A stretch of DNA of 63,289 nt, filler included, from Octopus bimaculoides (GCF_001194135.2; 6 parts of 5 records of this genome joined end to end with filler, not necessarily neighbours in it); one strand, 5' to 3'; counted from the whole stretch's first letter, positions 24,800 to 37,485 are shown. Numbers and translations are program-made. Notes: generated by a model not told the origin, from the letters alone.

Positions 24800-26951
24800 A
24801 GAAAAAGTAAACGAATTTCTAAGCAAGACAGTTAATTTATTGGTACGACGTAAATATACGGTTAATTTTGCTAGCATAGAACTTCGTTATATTAGCGGCA
24901 TTTATTTAACTGGCTTCTGGTAAATGAACAGCAGTGTTTTTCTGTATTGCAAAACTAAAAATAAGTGGCCGATCTACAATTGTATGAAGAATGAAAATAT
25001 TTTGAAGAAAAAACATCACTCAATCAAGACATTATTGCTGTACTCTACTGTCACTGACAAATAAAAAGAAATATCTTCAAGCATTCAAAGAGTAGAATTT
25101 AAAACGAAATGGAGTCGAACTTGAAGCATTTGGCTGATTTCTGTTATAATATCTATGAATACATTCAACATTGGGTAAAACAGCTTTAGGATAGGAAAAT
25201 AGGCCTAAGAATGATGTGTTTTGTAATATTGATTTATTTCTTGGTAGGAAACACATAGATTAATCTTTAAGGGAATATTGCCGTGAGATAGCAAAACGCT
25301 TACGTCCAAAGCCATTAGGAGTGTAATAGAAATACATTTCCATAATAGAGAATGAAAATCTCGTTGAGGTAGTGCCAGAGATGGAGCAGTACCTAGGTAT
25401 GGAGAATAAACAATTAAATAAATGAAATGGTCCCAAAAGGAAAAGAACTAATACATTTAAAAGTGCCAATGATAACATTTGCTTCTAGTTTGGACGGACA
25501 TATGATAGGCCCAGATTCTGTAGACTGTAATATTGAATATTATCTAAAAAGGCATCGCTAATATTGATTTTAAAATTTGGTACAAGGCCTGCAATTTCGG
25601 GGGAGAGGTAAGTCAGTTACATCGACCCCGGTGCTCTACTGCTACTTTTTTATCGACCACGAAAAGATGAAAGGCAAAATCGACCTCAGCGGAATTCGTG
25701 AAGACGGCGAAATGCCGTTGAGCATTTTGCCCAGCGTGTTAACGATTCTGCCAGCCCATCGCCTTAAATGCATCACAAATATTACAAAGCCGGTCTGATT
25801 CTCACCGACTATATTTTACTCCCACCAAACTATGGACTATTAAATATCAGTGCAAAGTTTAAGAGGATGAGTCTTTGTGATGACCACTGGCTCCCTTATT
25901 AAAATTGTGCCCGCTACTTATACTTTATGTTGACTGAGATCGTATCAAATTTAATTAATCTCTTCTTACCGCATCAATGAAAATGCTGTAAGAAATTGCT
26001 ACTAAAATCTAAACCTAAATCCGCGGAAAAAAAAAGCAGAGGAATAAGAAGACAAGCTACATAAATCATTCTATCTTCCTCAAAATCATACGCGTCTTTT
26101 TAACCAAGAAGCAATCAGTAGTGATTTTAGTTCTAAGTATACGATTACAAAGTAAAAAGATACGGTATGTCATTTAAGTTGTTAAATATAGATTCGCTCA
26201 AGAAGATCAGATTCGGAGCTAAAATACAACCAGGCATGCGCTTGTAGACAATATTTCCGAGAATTCAATGCCCTGCATAGACACGTCAGAACATTCTGGT
26301 CTGGATTAATGGGTCAGCCTCAGTTACACACTAATGGATTATCTCCAACAGACTTGTTAAAAGTAATGTCTTCAATTCCCACACAAGAGATAGCAAATGT
26401 TGCTTTTGTAGTTTAATTTCTGAAATAATACACTGCATATTCTTCAGCTAGCCTATACTATGATAACCTTGCTTAACTACTCTCAATAGCGCAGTTACCA
26501 AATTCTAGTTCCTAAAGAGAAAATGTAGTTGTAATCATACGACTCTCTTAGAATATCACGCTGTGAAGATACAACGTAAATTTAACATAGGGAAAGGCCA
26601 CCTGATTAGCGTGTGTTAGGCATAGCATCCTTTCCCATGCGCATACAGATGTTTTGGAGAGATAAAGAAACTATTTTTATTTGAAAAATAATAACAAAAA
26701 ATAGCATATACAAATTGTAAAATAATGCGATAACACATCGACTGCGCATGGGGATTTTATTGTTGGTCATGCTTAATCCTCCGCAAAGTATACAGATGAA
26801 TAAAAAAAACCCCAGAAAAAATAGGAAAAGAAAACCATCACATATTATGGGAAATGTGATATTTTCCTTCCCTTTTTATCAATATGTCAAACGACCACAC
26901 AGACATGCATACTCAAAACCTACACATACGGTCACAAAACATACATACATG

Positions 26952-27034
<83 letters not shown>

Positions 27035-27600
27035 TTATAGAAGTGGAGCGAGAGAAAACAATGGTGGGATTTCGTTAAAAGACACCAGAGACACAGACCT
27101 CTAAATGATACTAATGAATATAAAGTGCAAAGGGCAATGGAATGAATCATTATTGTTCTCAAGTTATATTGAAATAATGAAGCAAAACGTCGAACTTATA
27201 CTACAGCCTACTCTGACAAAAATATAAAGAACGATAGTGAGGTAAGGCAATACAGAGTGTCTATCGGAAAGTCAGCGTAGGAAGAGATGTAGACAGCTGT
27301 GAGAGATGTGAGGTAAGATAAGGACAGTGTACAATACTTCAGTATACATAGGATGTTGTGGATTTGTAACTAGATTATTTAGGAGCAAATTAGTTGTTAT
27401 TGGAATTAAAACGAACAAATAACAAGGAAGTGACTTGGGGCTTGCAGTGTAAGTCTGATAACGGCTCATTATGTATGAAGCAAAGGAATCTGAGAGAGAG
27501 ATGAAACAAAGCAAGAAGAAAACATTATTTTGGAAGTTTCAAGTGGTTATTTGCTGCATGCATCACAGGAGAAGTAAAAGAATAGCCTGCTTTGTTGTGG
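24800..27600. repeat. Old tandem duplication, unit B
   Basis: Same block order as unit A; lacks the mariner and SINE B insertions (empty site gttgttaaatatagatt at about 26178-26195). Confidence 0.9.
25570..25765 (-). mobile_element. SINE family A
   Basis: atcgaccccggtgctctactg..gaaaagatgaaaggcaaaatcgacctcagcggaatt..gctaacgattctgccagc-like end; same position as the 21345 copy in unit A. Confidence 0.75.
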
Positions 27601-27824
27601 GCCAAAATTCCTGGACGTTCTCAGGTAATAGCAATGCTGCCCACTAGCATGGGACGAATTTATAAGCTAGGGAATATATTATCAAAAAATATCTTTTATT
27701 TTCGTCACCTGATGAAATGAATGCAAAACCATTTGAACTATACAAATACGTGGATATGTATACATATATATATACACACACGCACACACGCACCCACATA
27801 CATACATACATTCATTCGTCCATT

Positions 27825-27884
<60 letters not shown>

Positions 27885-28844
27885 GAAGGAGATAAATAGA
27901 GAGAGAAAGAGAGAAGGAGAAAAAGAAAGAGAGAAGGGGAGAGAGAGAAGGTGAAGGATCTTCATCGTCCGACGATAAGGATAGGGTTATTCGAACAACT
28001 GAAGAACAATTAACGTACATGTACTTAAGCAGGTTACAAACACGTATGCCATTAACGAAATTCTCAGTGTTTGAAAAAGCTGTGCCATGTGGTTTGAATT
28101 TTAGGATTGTATACAGTTTCCCTCTTCTCACGAGAAAAATATGAGTCGATTAGAGACTGTAGCAAATAACATTTGCACTAGATTCCAAACAGGGGGATTG
28201 AAACCGAGACGGAATGCTGTAGGAAGGGGAAAGTATAAGCTTGACGGATGTAGGTGGTGAGATAATTTTTCTTGTTTGATAAGGGAGGATTTTATTTGTT
28301 GTGCAGCTGACATGTAGCTAAACTAATAAACTTTTATACGTTGTCATGTAGCAGATAAATCATATTCAAGTCTCCATCTGTGTTTCTTGAAGATTTTCTT
28401 AAATCTTTATAATATGTGTTCGGTTTGTCTCCGATGTTGGTGTTTGAAGATTTCTTTCAAGAAATTTTAAAAACGGTTCTTTCTTAATGGCAGGCTCGTA
28501 TATATTATGTCATAAAAAGAAATATTAGAATATTCCAATATGTTTGTTTCACTTCTATTTGTAAATGTATAAATATAGATATATGCACGTATATAACTAC
28601 ATAGCGATGCTTACACATGCAGATAAATTCTTCGTAGAGATATGCATCTATAAGGAGATATATACATGATCGATTGGCCTTAATGTTCGCTCACTTTACT
28701 CCTTTGCGCATGTGTACTCGTTAGATACTTGATACCCTTGATTTTTTACTTTAGCATGTGTAATCATTTGATACTTGACACAGTAAGGTAGTTTGACATG
28801 AACCTGCTGTGAGATAGGTTGTATTTTATTTGCAAGGGGTCACC

Positions 28845-29120
28845 CTCAAATTGGAGAACCAAAATGCACATTATTGATATATCATACTTCGAGAAAGTAG
28901 CGGAAATCTGGAAGAAGATATCTGCTGCTTACGAAAACGATGCTGTTATGGAACGTGTACACCAGAAGTGATATTCAATGGCTCAAGTATCCGGCTAGTA
29001 CCCTTTCCCAACCAAATAGATTAGGATACTCGAAATGAAGTGGCTTACTTAAGTTTACAACACACTGCTCAGTTCGGGTACTCCACAGCATTATCGATCT
29101 GAGCATAACCCTCAAACCAT
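28845..29120 (+). mobile_element. Decayed mariner transposase 5' fragment
   Basis: ENQNAHY*YII.. then FEKVAEIWKKISAAYENDAVMERVHQK* resembles the mariner start MENQ..HFRHILLFYFRKG..A..K+..+YG++A+.ER.CQ.WF. Confidence 0.55.
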
Positions 29121-29235
29121 TAAGCTTTGCACCTTCCACCACGCACGAACAGACTGACGCACACACGCATACACACATACACACACGCACCCACGCATAC
29201 ACGCACACGCACGCACTCACACACATACACACACA

Positions 29236-29298
<63 letters not shown>

Positions 29299-29315
29299 AA
29301 ATACGTTTGGGTATA

Positions 29316-29545
29316 CAGTAATCCGTCGCCATATCACGGGTCAGCTGTCACGGTTTATCATTTAAGCTTACGTCGATTCCTCCGTGGTGTTGTTTTGCAT
29401 TTATAATAAAAGAAATATATACAAATTATAAAAATAAAGAAAATATATATATATACAGTACAGTACTGTTTCTCCTTCGTGGATTTTCTCTTATCGCGTG
29501 GGATGGGTTTGGAACGTAACACCCGCGATAGTTGAGGGATTACTG
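29316..29545. mobile_element. Tigger/pogo-like MITE with TA TSD
   Basis: TIRs cagtaatccgtcgccatatcacggg and cccgcgatagttgagggattactg; TA at 29314-15 and 29546-47. Confidence 0.8.
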
Positions 29546-29634
29546 TACATGTATATCTACCTCTCTATGTATGTATGTATGTATGTATGTATGTATCTAG
29601 CTATCTATCCATCTATCCATCTATCTAGCTAGAT

Positions 29635-29677
<43 letters not shown>

Positions 29678-30064
29678 CATATAGGGAGAGAAAGAGAGAT
29701 GTACGCTTGTATTTATATATAATGTAAATAAATTAGTTAACTATAAATTCTTTTGTTTTAAAGAAAAGTACTGGTTGCAATCTGCAGTTGAATGCTGGAA
29801 AGTCTCATGAATGATATCACGAAACAATGTAATACAGAATGAAGTGAGAAAGCTGTACTCTGTAAAGTGTTTGCTTTCGTTTTTTAATGTTCAGCACATC
29901 TGTTACTCTCTCACAAATCTGTGGAACACCACTGACGAATTTACAGCAGGATTGCAATCAAATATTCCGTTACTAAGCAACATACAATGTTTTCATTGTT
30001 TAATCCTATCCCCTACAGTGTTGTCACAATCCTCATTGTAATAATAATAGTAATAATAATTTAA

Positions 30065-30275
30065 AGTTTTGGCACAAGGCAAACAATTTTAAAGGACGAG
30101 TAAATTGATTATCTCGATTTCAGTGTTCAAGTGGTATACATTTCTTGTGTCAACCCCCAAAAAGATGATTGGCAAAGTCGACCTCATTCAGATTTGAGCT
30201 TCGCATGTAAAGAACAGGAAGAAATACTGCTAAACAATTCATCATGCGCTAACGATTCTACCAGATCGCCTCCTT
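30065..30275 (-). mobile_element. SINE family A, degenerate
   Basis: gatgattggcaaagtcgacctcattcagatttgagc..gcgctaacgattctaccagatcgcctcctt. Confidence 0.6.
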
Positions 30276-30365
30276 ACGTACGCTATAAATAATATTACTT
30301 GTATATATATATATCGCCTCCTTATTTATATTTTTTTAAATTTTTTATTTTTATTTTTTTATAAA

Positions 30366-31486
30366 GTTTCAGCTTAGAGCTGCGGCCATGCTGATGCACC
30401 ACCGTGTTGCTACACTGTTATTACAGGGAGCCTCTTACAATATGTGGCACTTGGTGAAGAATGGAGTTTGATTTAGCAACCCTCATTTGCACCTCCTGCC
30501 GCGAGGTAGGTTCATCTGGGACTCTCGATAGGAAGAGGTCCAGCTTTGATTTAAAAACTCCTACATCTACTTTGTGCAGATTCCTCAGGCTCTTTGGGAG
30601 AATATTAAAAAGCTGTGGGCCCCTGAATCCCAAGCTGTTGCAGTAACTGGTCCTGAAGCGCGATGGCATTGCTGGGATCTTTGGCACTATGCAGTGTCGT
30701 CCCGTTCTGGCATTGGTGTAGCTTTCAATGCCAAANNNNNNNNNNNNNNNNNNNNNNNNNNNNNNNNNNNNNNNNNNNNNNNNNNNNNNNNNNNNNNNNN
30801 NNNNNNNNNNNNNNNNNNNNNNNNNNNNNNNNNNNNNNNNNNNNNNNNNNNNNNNNNNNNNNNNNNNNNNNNNNNNNNNNNNNNNNNNNNNNNNNNNNNN
30901 NNNNNNNNNNNNNNNNNNNNNNNNNNNNNNNNNNNNNNNNNNNNNNNNNNNNNNNNNNNNNNNNNNNNNGTATATTACTGCATACCTCTCCCGCCTTCTC
31001 TCTAGGGAGTAGAGTCTTAGCTGTTTCAGGCTTTCCCAGTAGCTGAGCAGTTGCAAAGAGACAATCTTCTTTGTGAATCTCCTCTGGATTGCTTCAAGGT
31101 CTGCTGTTAATTTCAGACTGGTAGGTGAGCACAGCTGTGAGCACTAATCCAGGCGGCTGAGGACGAATGTCCTCCAGAGGATCATCATGGTTTCCTTATC
31201 TCTGGTTCTGAATGTTCTCAGGATCCATCCAGCCAATCGTCTGCACTTTGTTGCCATTCTGGTAATGTGCACTTGGAAAGAGGTATCATCGCTCATGTCG
31301 ATACCCAGGTCTCTCACTGATTTAGGCTCTGGGATTGAAATTCCCTGTGGACCAGTGTGCTCTGTAAGTTTCATATTCAGTTTTGGACGTTGGTAGCGCA
31401 GGGTTTGGAATTTTTCAGCATTAAACTGCATATTATTGTCCTCAGCCCATCTGTAAACTGAGTCCAATTCCTGCTGCAGGTGTGCA
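30366..31486 (-). mobile_element. CR1/L2-group LINE 3' portion (RT thumb to 3' tail), gap-interrupted, with a stop codon
   Basis: LQQELDSVYRWAEDNNMQFNAEKFQTLRY..VRDLGIDMSDD.SFQVHI..MATKCRRLAGWILRTFRTRDKETMMILWRTFVLSRLD*..SLERRRERYAVIY..NSLGFRGPQLFNILPKSLRNLH..FKSKLDLFLSRVPDEP. Confidence 0.9.
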
Positions 31487-32544
31487 NNNNNNNNNNNNNN
31501 NNNNNNNNNNNNNNNNNNNNNNNNNNNNNNNNNNNNNNNNNNNNNNNNNNNNNNNNNNNNNNNNNNNNNNNNNNNNNNNNNNNNNNNNNNNNNNNNNNNN
31601 NNNNNNNNNNNNNNNNNNNNNNNNNNNNNNNNNNNNNNNNNNNNNNNNNNNNNNNNNNNNNNNNNNNNNNNNNNNNNNNNNNNNNNNNNNNNNNNNNNNN
31701 NNNNNNNNNNNNNNNNNNNNNNNNNNNNNNNNNNNNNNNNNNNNNNNNNNNNNNNNNNNNNNNNNNNNNNNNNNNNNNNNNNNNNNNNNNNNNNNNNNNN
31801 NNNNNNNNNNNNNNNNNNNNNNNNNNNNNNNNNNNNNNNNNNNNNNNNNNNNNNNNNNNNNNNNNNNNNNNNNNNNNNNNNNNNNNNNNNNNNNNNNNNN
31901 NNNNNNNNNNNNNNNNNNNNNNNNNNNNNNNNNNNNNNNNNNNNNNNNNNNNNNNNNNNNNNNNNNNNNNNNNNNNNNNNNNNNNNNNNNNNNNNNNNNN
32001 NNNNNNNNNNNNNNNNNNNNNNNNNNNNNNNNNNNNNNNNNNNNNNNNNNNNNNNNNNNNNNNNNNNNNNNNNNNNNNNNNNNNNNNNNNNNNNNNNNNN
32101 NNNNNNNNNNNNNNNNNNNNNNNNNNNNNNNNNNNNNNNNNNNNNNNNNNNNNNNNNNNNNNNNNNNNNNNNNNNNNNNNNNNNNNNNNNNNNNNNNNNN
32201 NNNNNNNNNNNNNNNNNNNNNNNNNNNNNNNNNNNNNNNNNNNNNNNNNNNNNNNNNNNNNNNNNNNNNNNNNNNNNNNNNNNNNNNNNNNNNNNNNNNN
32301 NNNNNNNNNNNNNNNNNNNNNNNNNNNNNNNNNNNNNNNNNNNNNNNNNNNNNNNNNNNNNNNNNNNNNNNNNNNNNNNNNNNNNNNNNNNNNNNNNNNN
32401 NNNNNNNNNNNNNNNNNNNNNNNNNNNNNNNNNNNNNNNNNNNNNNNNNNNNNNNNNNNNNNNNNNNNNNNNNNNNNNNNNNNTATATATATATATATGT
32501 AATATATACATATAAATATCAAAATGATGTGTTATAGTACTATT

Positions 32545-32860
32545 CCACATATACAAAACAGCTATGCCAACAATCTAACATACCCCACGGATATCATTAT
32601 AGTTTCGGCACCTGGGCAGTACCATTCAATCCGGTGATTCAACTGGAATGAATAAGTGCTGTTTGGGAACAAACCACAGAAACTACAACTTCCGAACACA
32701 TTTAACCTATGTACAACCGTATCGATAAATAAATTCAATAAGTAAATTACAGCCACTCCTAAACAGCACAACTCTATTAAATCATGCAAAATTTATAATG
32801 CCTACCGTCTTCCGCAGTGTAAGATATACATGTAAAATGTTGAAGACGAGCACACGAGTA
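32545..32860 (+). mobile_element. Probable Penelope-like GIY-YIG C-terminal remnant plus terminus
   Basis: YANNLTY, SEH..LC and SISKLQPLLN pieces resemble the PLE endonuclease end; ends gttgaagacgagc.. into (TA)n. Confidence 0.45.
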
Positions 32861-32999
32861 TATATATATATTTATATATATATATATATATNNNNNNNNN
32901 NNNNNNNNNNNNNNNNNNNNNNNNNNNNNNNNNNNNNNNNNNNNNNNNNNNNNNNNNNNNNNNNNNNNNNNNNNNNNGTGTGTAAATATAAAAATAAAA

Positions 33000-33450
33000 A
33001 TAAAAGGATAAAGAGAGCAATGGTAAGGTTGGAGAAATATTTTATGGATAGAGTCTTACAGCTGTTTCTGGGAACATCCAGTACTTCCCTTCATCGGAGA
33101 CAGAAAAAATAAAGGAATCGACTATTATATCCATAGGCGGATAGTTTTAGTATGAAGTGATATAGAGTGTGATGGGCTGAAAAAGAAAGAGAGAACAGTA
33201 CTTGAAGTGTAGTTTCATTCCAGTAGTAAATATCCGTATAAAGTAATCCTTGTGGGGATAATCCGGAAATAGATGTTGAAGCAATGTTGAATATATTCCA
33301 TATTGCATCCGATGGTTTTTGTTTGTTTACTTGAAGAATGTCCAAGTCAAGTGAGAAGTGAGCGTAGGGGGAAAAACTAGTCGGTATACAGCACTTACTC
33401 GGTATTACCTGTATTCTCTTGGGTTTGGTTAAATCCAATACCCTCCTCAA
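33000..33450 (-). mobile_element. Penelope-like RT thumb remnant
   Basis: LDIL..; LYTDIYYWNETTLQVLFSLSFSAHHT resembles the PLE TDIYYK.TD..QYL.F.S.HP.HT motif. Confidence 0.6.
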
Positions 33451-33488
33451 CCTTATATATATATATAAGGTTGAGGAGGGTATTGGAT
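33433..33488. repeat. Perfect 56 bp palindrome centred on (TA)n at a contig end
   Basis: atccaataccctcctcaaccttatatatatatataaggttgaggagggtattggat followed directly by N. Confidence 0.9.
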
Positions 33489-34249
33489 NNNNNNNNNNNN
33501 NNNNNNNNNNNNNNNNNNNNNNNNNNNNNNNNNNNNNNNNNNNNNNNNNNNNNNNNNNNNNNNNNNNNNNNNNNNNNNNNNNNNNNNNNNNNNNNNNNNN
33601 NNNNNNNNNNNNNNNNNNNNNNNNNNNNNNNNNNNNNNNNNNNNNNNNNNNNNNNNNNNNNNNNNNNNNNNNNNNNNNNNNNNNNNNNNNNNNNNNNNNN
33701 NNNNNNNNNNNNNNNNNNNNNNNNNNNNNNNNNNNNNNNNNNNNNNNNNNNNNNNNNNNNNNNNNNNNNNNNNNNNNNNNNNNNNNNNNNNNNNNNNNNN
33801 NNNNNNNNNNNNNNNNNNNNNNNNNNNNNNNNNNNNNNNNNNNNNNNNNNNNNNNNNNNNNNNNNNNNNNNNNNNNNNNNNNNNNNNNNNNNNNNNNNNN
33901 NNNNNNNNNNNNNNNNNNNNNNNNNNNNNNNNNNNNNNNNNNNNNNNNNNNNNNNNNNNNNNNNNNNNNNNNNNNNNNNNNNNNNNNNNNNNNNNNNNNN
34001 NNNNNNNNNNNNNNNNNNNNNNNNNNNNNNNNNNNNNNNNNNNNNNNNNNNNNNNNNNNNNNNNNNNNNNNNNNNNNNNNNNNNNNNNNNNNNNNNNNNN
34101 NNNNNNNNNNNNNNNNNNNNNNNNNNNNNNNNNNNNNNNNNNNNNNNNNNNNNNNNNNNNNNNNNNNNNNNNNNNNNNNNNNNNNNNNNNNNNNNNNNNN
34201 NNNNNNATATATATTTATATATATATATGGAACAAAAAAGTCAAGGTAG

Positions 34250-34486
34250 AAAATACTAAAATACTTTTATAAAAAAAGTACCGGTTTCGATCCTTGAGAT
34301 CTTTTCAACTGTAAATATGGCTAACAAATTTTGGAAAAATTAAATTTTGGCAAATTTAAATGAAAAATCTTTTTAAAAACATATTTGTAAATGGAATTCA
34401 AATAGAAGGGGCATTTTCCTTGTTTCTGCCTGTCTCTGTTTCTCTCGTTAACTCTTGTGGGCTGGAGGTCGTTGTGAATTCTTAGC

Positions 34487-34542
<56 letters not shown>

Positions 34543-34850
34543 GGGAATGCTATGATAGTAGCAGAGTGTTAATTAATTAAGTGTACTTTTTGAACTGATT
34601 AGATTTTGGGATCGATCAGGTACCGGACAAGGATTCTGGATTATTTTCCCGTTTCTTTTTTACTTAATTTTCGAGAGCGATCTGGTTCACTTTTAGTATT
34701 CTCGTTTGTGAGAGCAGTCGAGTTTATTTCAGATATTCTCATTTTAAAAATTATCAATGGCTAATCATTGAGAAGACGTTGGTGTTGCCTTCGCGGAGGT
34801 TTGCGCTCTCCGAGTGCTCTTGTTTACATATATCATAAATATTTATTCAT
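34250..34850 (-). mobile_element. Decayed Penelope-like 3' end with a degenerate hammerhead-like motif (34274-34311)
   Basis: Minus UUGAAAA-GAUC-UCAAG-GAUC-GAAA-CCGGUA-CUUU (stem II intact, ACCGGU palindrome, two core mismatches); weak YV..STRR..QH endonuclease trace upstream. Confidence 0.45.
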
Positions 34851-34919
34851 TTGTAGTTATATATGCGTACTGGTTATGTAGCTGTATTAATTATATATCA
34901 TGTAGATGTAGTTCTTAAT

Positions 34920-35215
34920 CGTTTACTTATTTCAGTCACTAGACTGCAGCTATGGTGGGACACCACATTGCCTGGTTTAGTCGAACAAATCGACCAGAAT
35001 ATTAATTTTGTTAAAGCCTTGCGCTTATGCTGTCGCTCTGCTTTAGGTGACCCACTCAGTGAAGGTGACGTAAACAAACTGACACTGTTTGTTAAACGGT
35101 GATTGGGGGTAAACACAAATACAAAGACACACTCATCAATACATACATACGTGCACAACACATACACACAAATATACCACGGGCTTCTTTCAGTTTCCCT
35201 CTACCAAACCACACA
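34920..35215 (-). mobile_element. SINE family C, partial/degenerate
   Basis: ttatttcagtcactagactgcagctatggtgggacacc..gtaaacaaactgacactg..gggcttctttcagtttccctctaccaaa. Confidence 0.65.
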
Positions 35216-35897
35216 GTAACGTGAATGTAATTATTGAATTGTAGCTTTATACATGTAATAAATTATATCTATTTACTTACATGTTCTTATTTACATGTAG
35301 CATCATAGATAGATGCTAGCTGTACCACTAATGCATCATCATAGCTAATAAATATGTGTATGTTTGCAGGTGTTTGGTTGCGTGCGTGCATGCGTGTGTG
35401 TGTGTGTGTGTGTATGTGTGTTTGTGTAGGAGTGTAATCGAGAATATCTATAAACATTACGACGGCATTTCTTTGTAGAAATTTGTTCTTTTTCCATATA
35501 GTTATATATCATTGTATATACAGTTACATTATATACGCAGTTACATTATATATGCAGTTACATATATATTATTGTATATATGTGGTTCTTCGCACTTAGC
35601 TATTTATATCTAGTTATATGTAAATGTATGCATATAATTATTTCCATATAGTTATTTACATGTAAATATTTGCACCTAATGTTCAAATGATAAGAACATT
35701 GGCCTCTGACGTGCAGCGAGACGCTAATGGTCTGCACTAGCAGCAACTTATGAATATTTCATATAGATGTTTCAAGTCGTATACATACATGCATGCATGG
35801 ATACATACATACGTACACACATACACACGCACATATATACACAAGGATATAAATACATACATATGCATATACGTATACGTACGTATATATATATAAG

Positions 35898-35933
<36 letters not shown>

Positions 35934-35947
35934 CGTGTACATATATG

Positions 35948-36022
<75 letters not shown>

Positions 36023-36819
36023 ATATTTAGATAGATAGATAGATATTTAGACAGGCAGATAAAATGTCATTTGCATCTAGAAACTTTGTGAGTAATGTTT
36101 ATGCTTAATTCTGCATTCAAGTGCACTTGCTTTGAAAAATTCCTTTGTCATGTGACATACCAGCGAATTTTGATAAGAAACTTTCCAGAATAATTATGGA
36201 ATATGTAATATCTCGCCCTCATATTGAAATGTTGTTACACGAAACTCCAGTCCCTTGTGTCATGTATATGAGACTTCAGTGATTATAAATAAAGGAATAT
36301 GTGTGAATGTGTAAGCTGTGTGCATGCATGCTGCGTGAGTCTATGGGAATAATATTTAAAACTTTACACTCTGTCGTCTCAATAGAAGTCGTCAGGCCAT
36401 TGAAATATATTCTGTAATTATTCTGACTTCGTTATTTGATAGGGTATTTAGTTTATAGATCTTTGTTCTGCATGTGTTTAGGCCTTCTTTTTGGCGCTAG
36501 TAGACATGCATAGATACATACATGCATGTTCATATATTTACATGTATGTATGTTTATATATACACACATAGACGTATGTTTATAGATACATACAGTGCAT
36601 ACATATATGTTTGTTTATACATACATACATACATACATACATGTATTTGTTTATATATACAAACATGTATGTATATATGTATGTATTCAGCAAACTGTTT
36701 CCCATGAAAATCATGCAGCAACGCATGTCAGAGTTAAGAATGTTTTTCCATTTATTTGTTGCTAGCGAACGATTTCGACGCAAAAGTATCTAATCTAAAT
36801 CTAAATTTATAAACGGTCG

Positions 36820-37485
36820 TTAGTCGGTTCCTATAAAGATTTTTTGATGCATGTGTTTATGTTTGAATTCAAGAATGGTTAATAGATGTTGAATCATTTC
36901 TTTTGGTTCATACACCTGTTGTGCAAAACAATTGGAAGCACAAGTACATATATCGCATGGTTCAAAATGACCACGAGAATAAGTTTCCGCATTTAAAGGC
37001 AAGGAATCGCTCGCTACAAATAAAATCAAACTAGTTATCCGCACGCTTCTCCTCGAATATGCAGCCATATTGATTTTGGTATTTGCTTTGAGTAATCGTA
37101 AAAATTTAGCTCTTTTGATAGTTAGTATTATGATTTTATTTTTAATATATTCAGTCACCATAGCAAAATCGATGCCTACCTGGAAATCTAAATGAAAAAG
37201 AAGAAAAAAACTTTCCGGTAGAAATACCGATAGAAATTTTTCTAAGAAAGAAGTGGTTCAGCCGATGTTACATTTGTGCAGGTTTTAATGACCGAGTCTA
37301 TAATGTTCGCCATTTTTACTAAAAAGAGTAGAAACTAAAATTGCATCAATGGCCAGGGATATTAGTAGGTTTAACAACAGTTGTGTATCGTATACTTGTG
37401 AGCTGGAAAATATCCTAATGTGGATCAATATATAAAGACCATTTAATGACCCATAAATTGAAGTAGTTTTCTCTGGAAAAAACAA
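36820..37485 (-). pseudogene. Possible decayed rhodopsin-class GPCR-like reading frame
   Basis: ORFs 37285-37485 and 36820-37161 are in the same frame (about 222 codons, two internal stops); GSLNGLYILIHI (TM1-like), LLLNLLIS (TM2-like), KC..SFFLL..ID (TM3-like), KIIILTIKRAK (ICL2-like). Confidence 0.3.

Larger units (their letters stand above)
20480..24800. repeat. Old tandem duplication, unit A (expanded by later TE insertions)
   Basis: Colinear blocks shared with 24800-27600, e.g. gccattaggagtgtaat.gaaatacatttccataat, tctggattaatgggtcag, gaagatacaa.gtaaatttaacata, actaatgaatataaagtgcaaagggcaat. Confidence 0.9.

Noticed and set aside
27955-28142. Frames open on both strands next to (GA)n
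   Set aside because: No recognisable domain; partly driven by the adjacent low-complexity tract.
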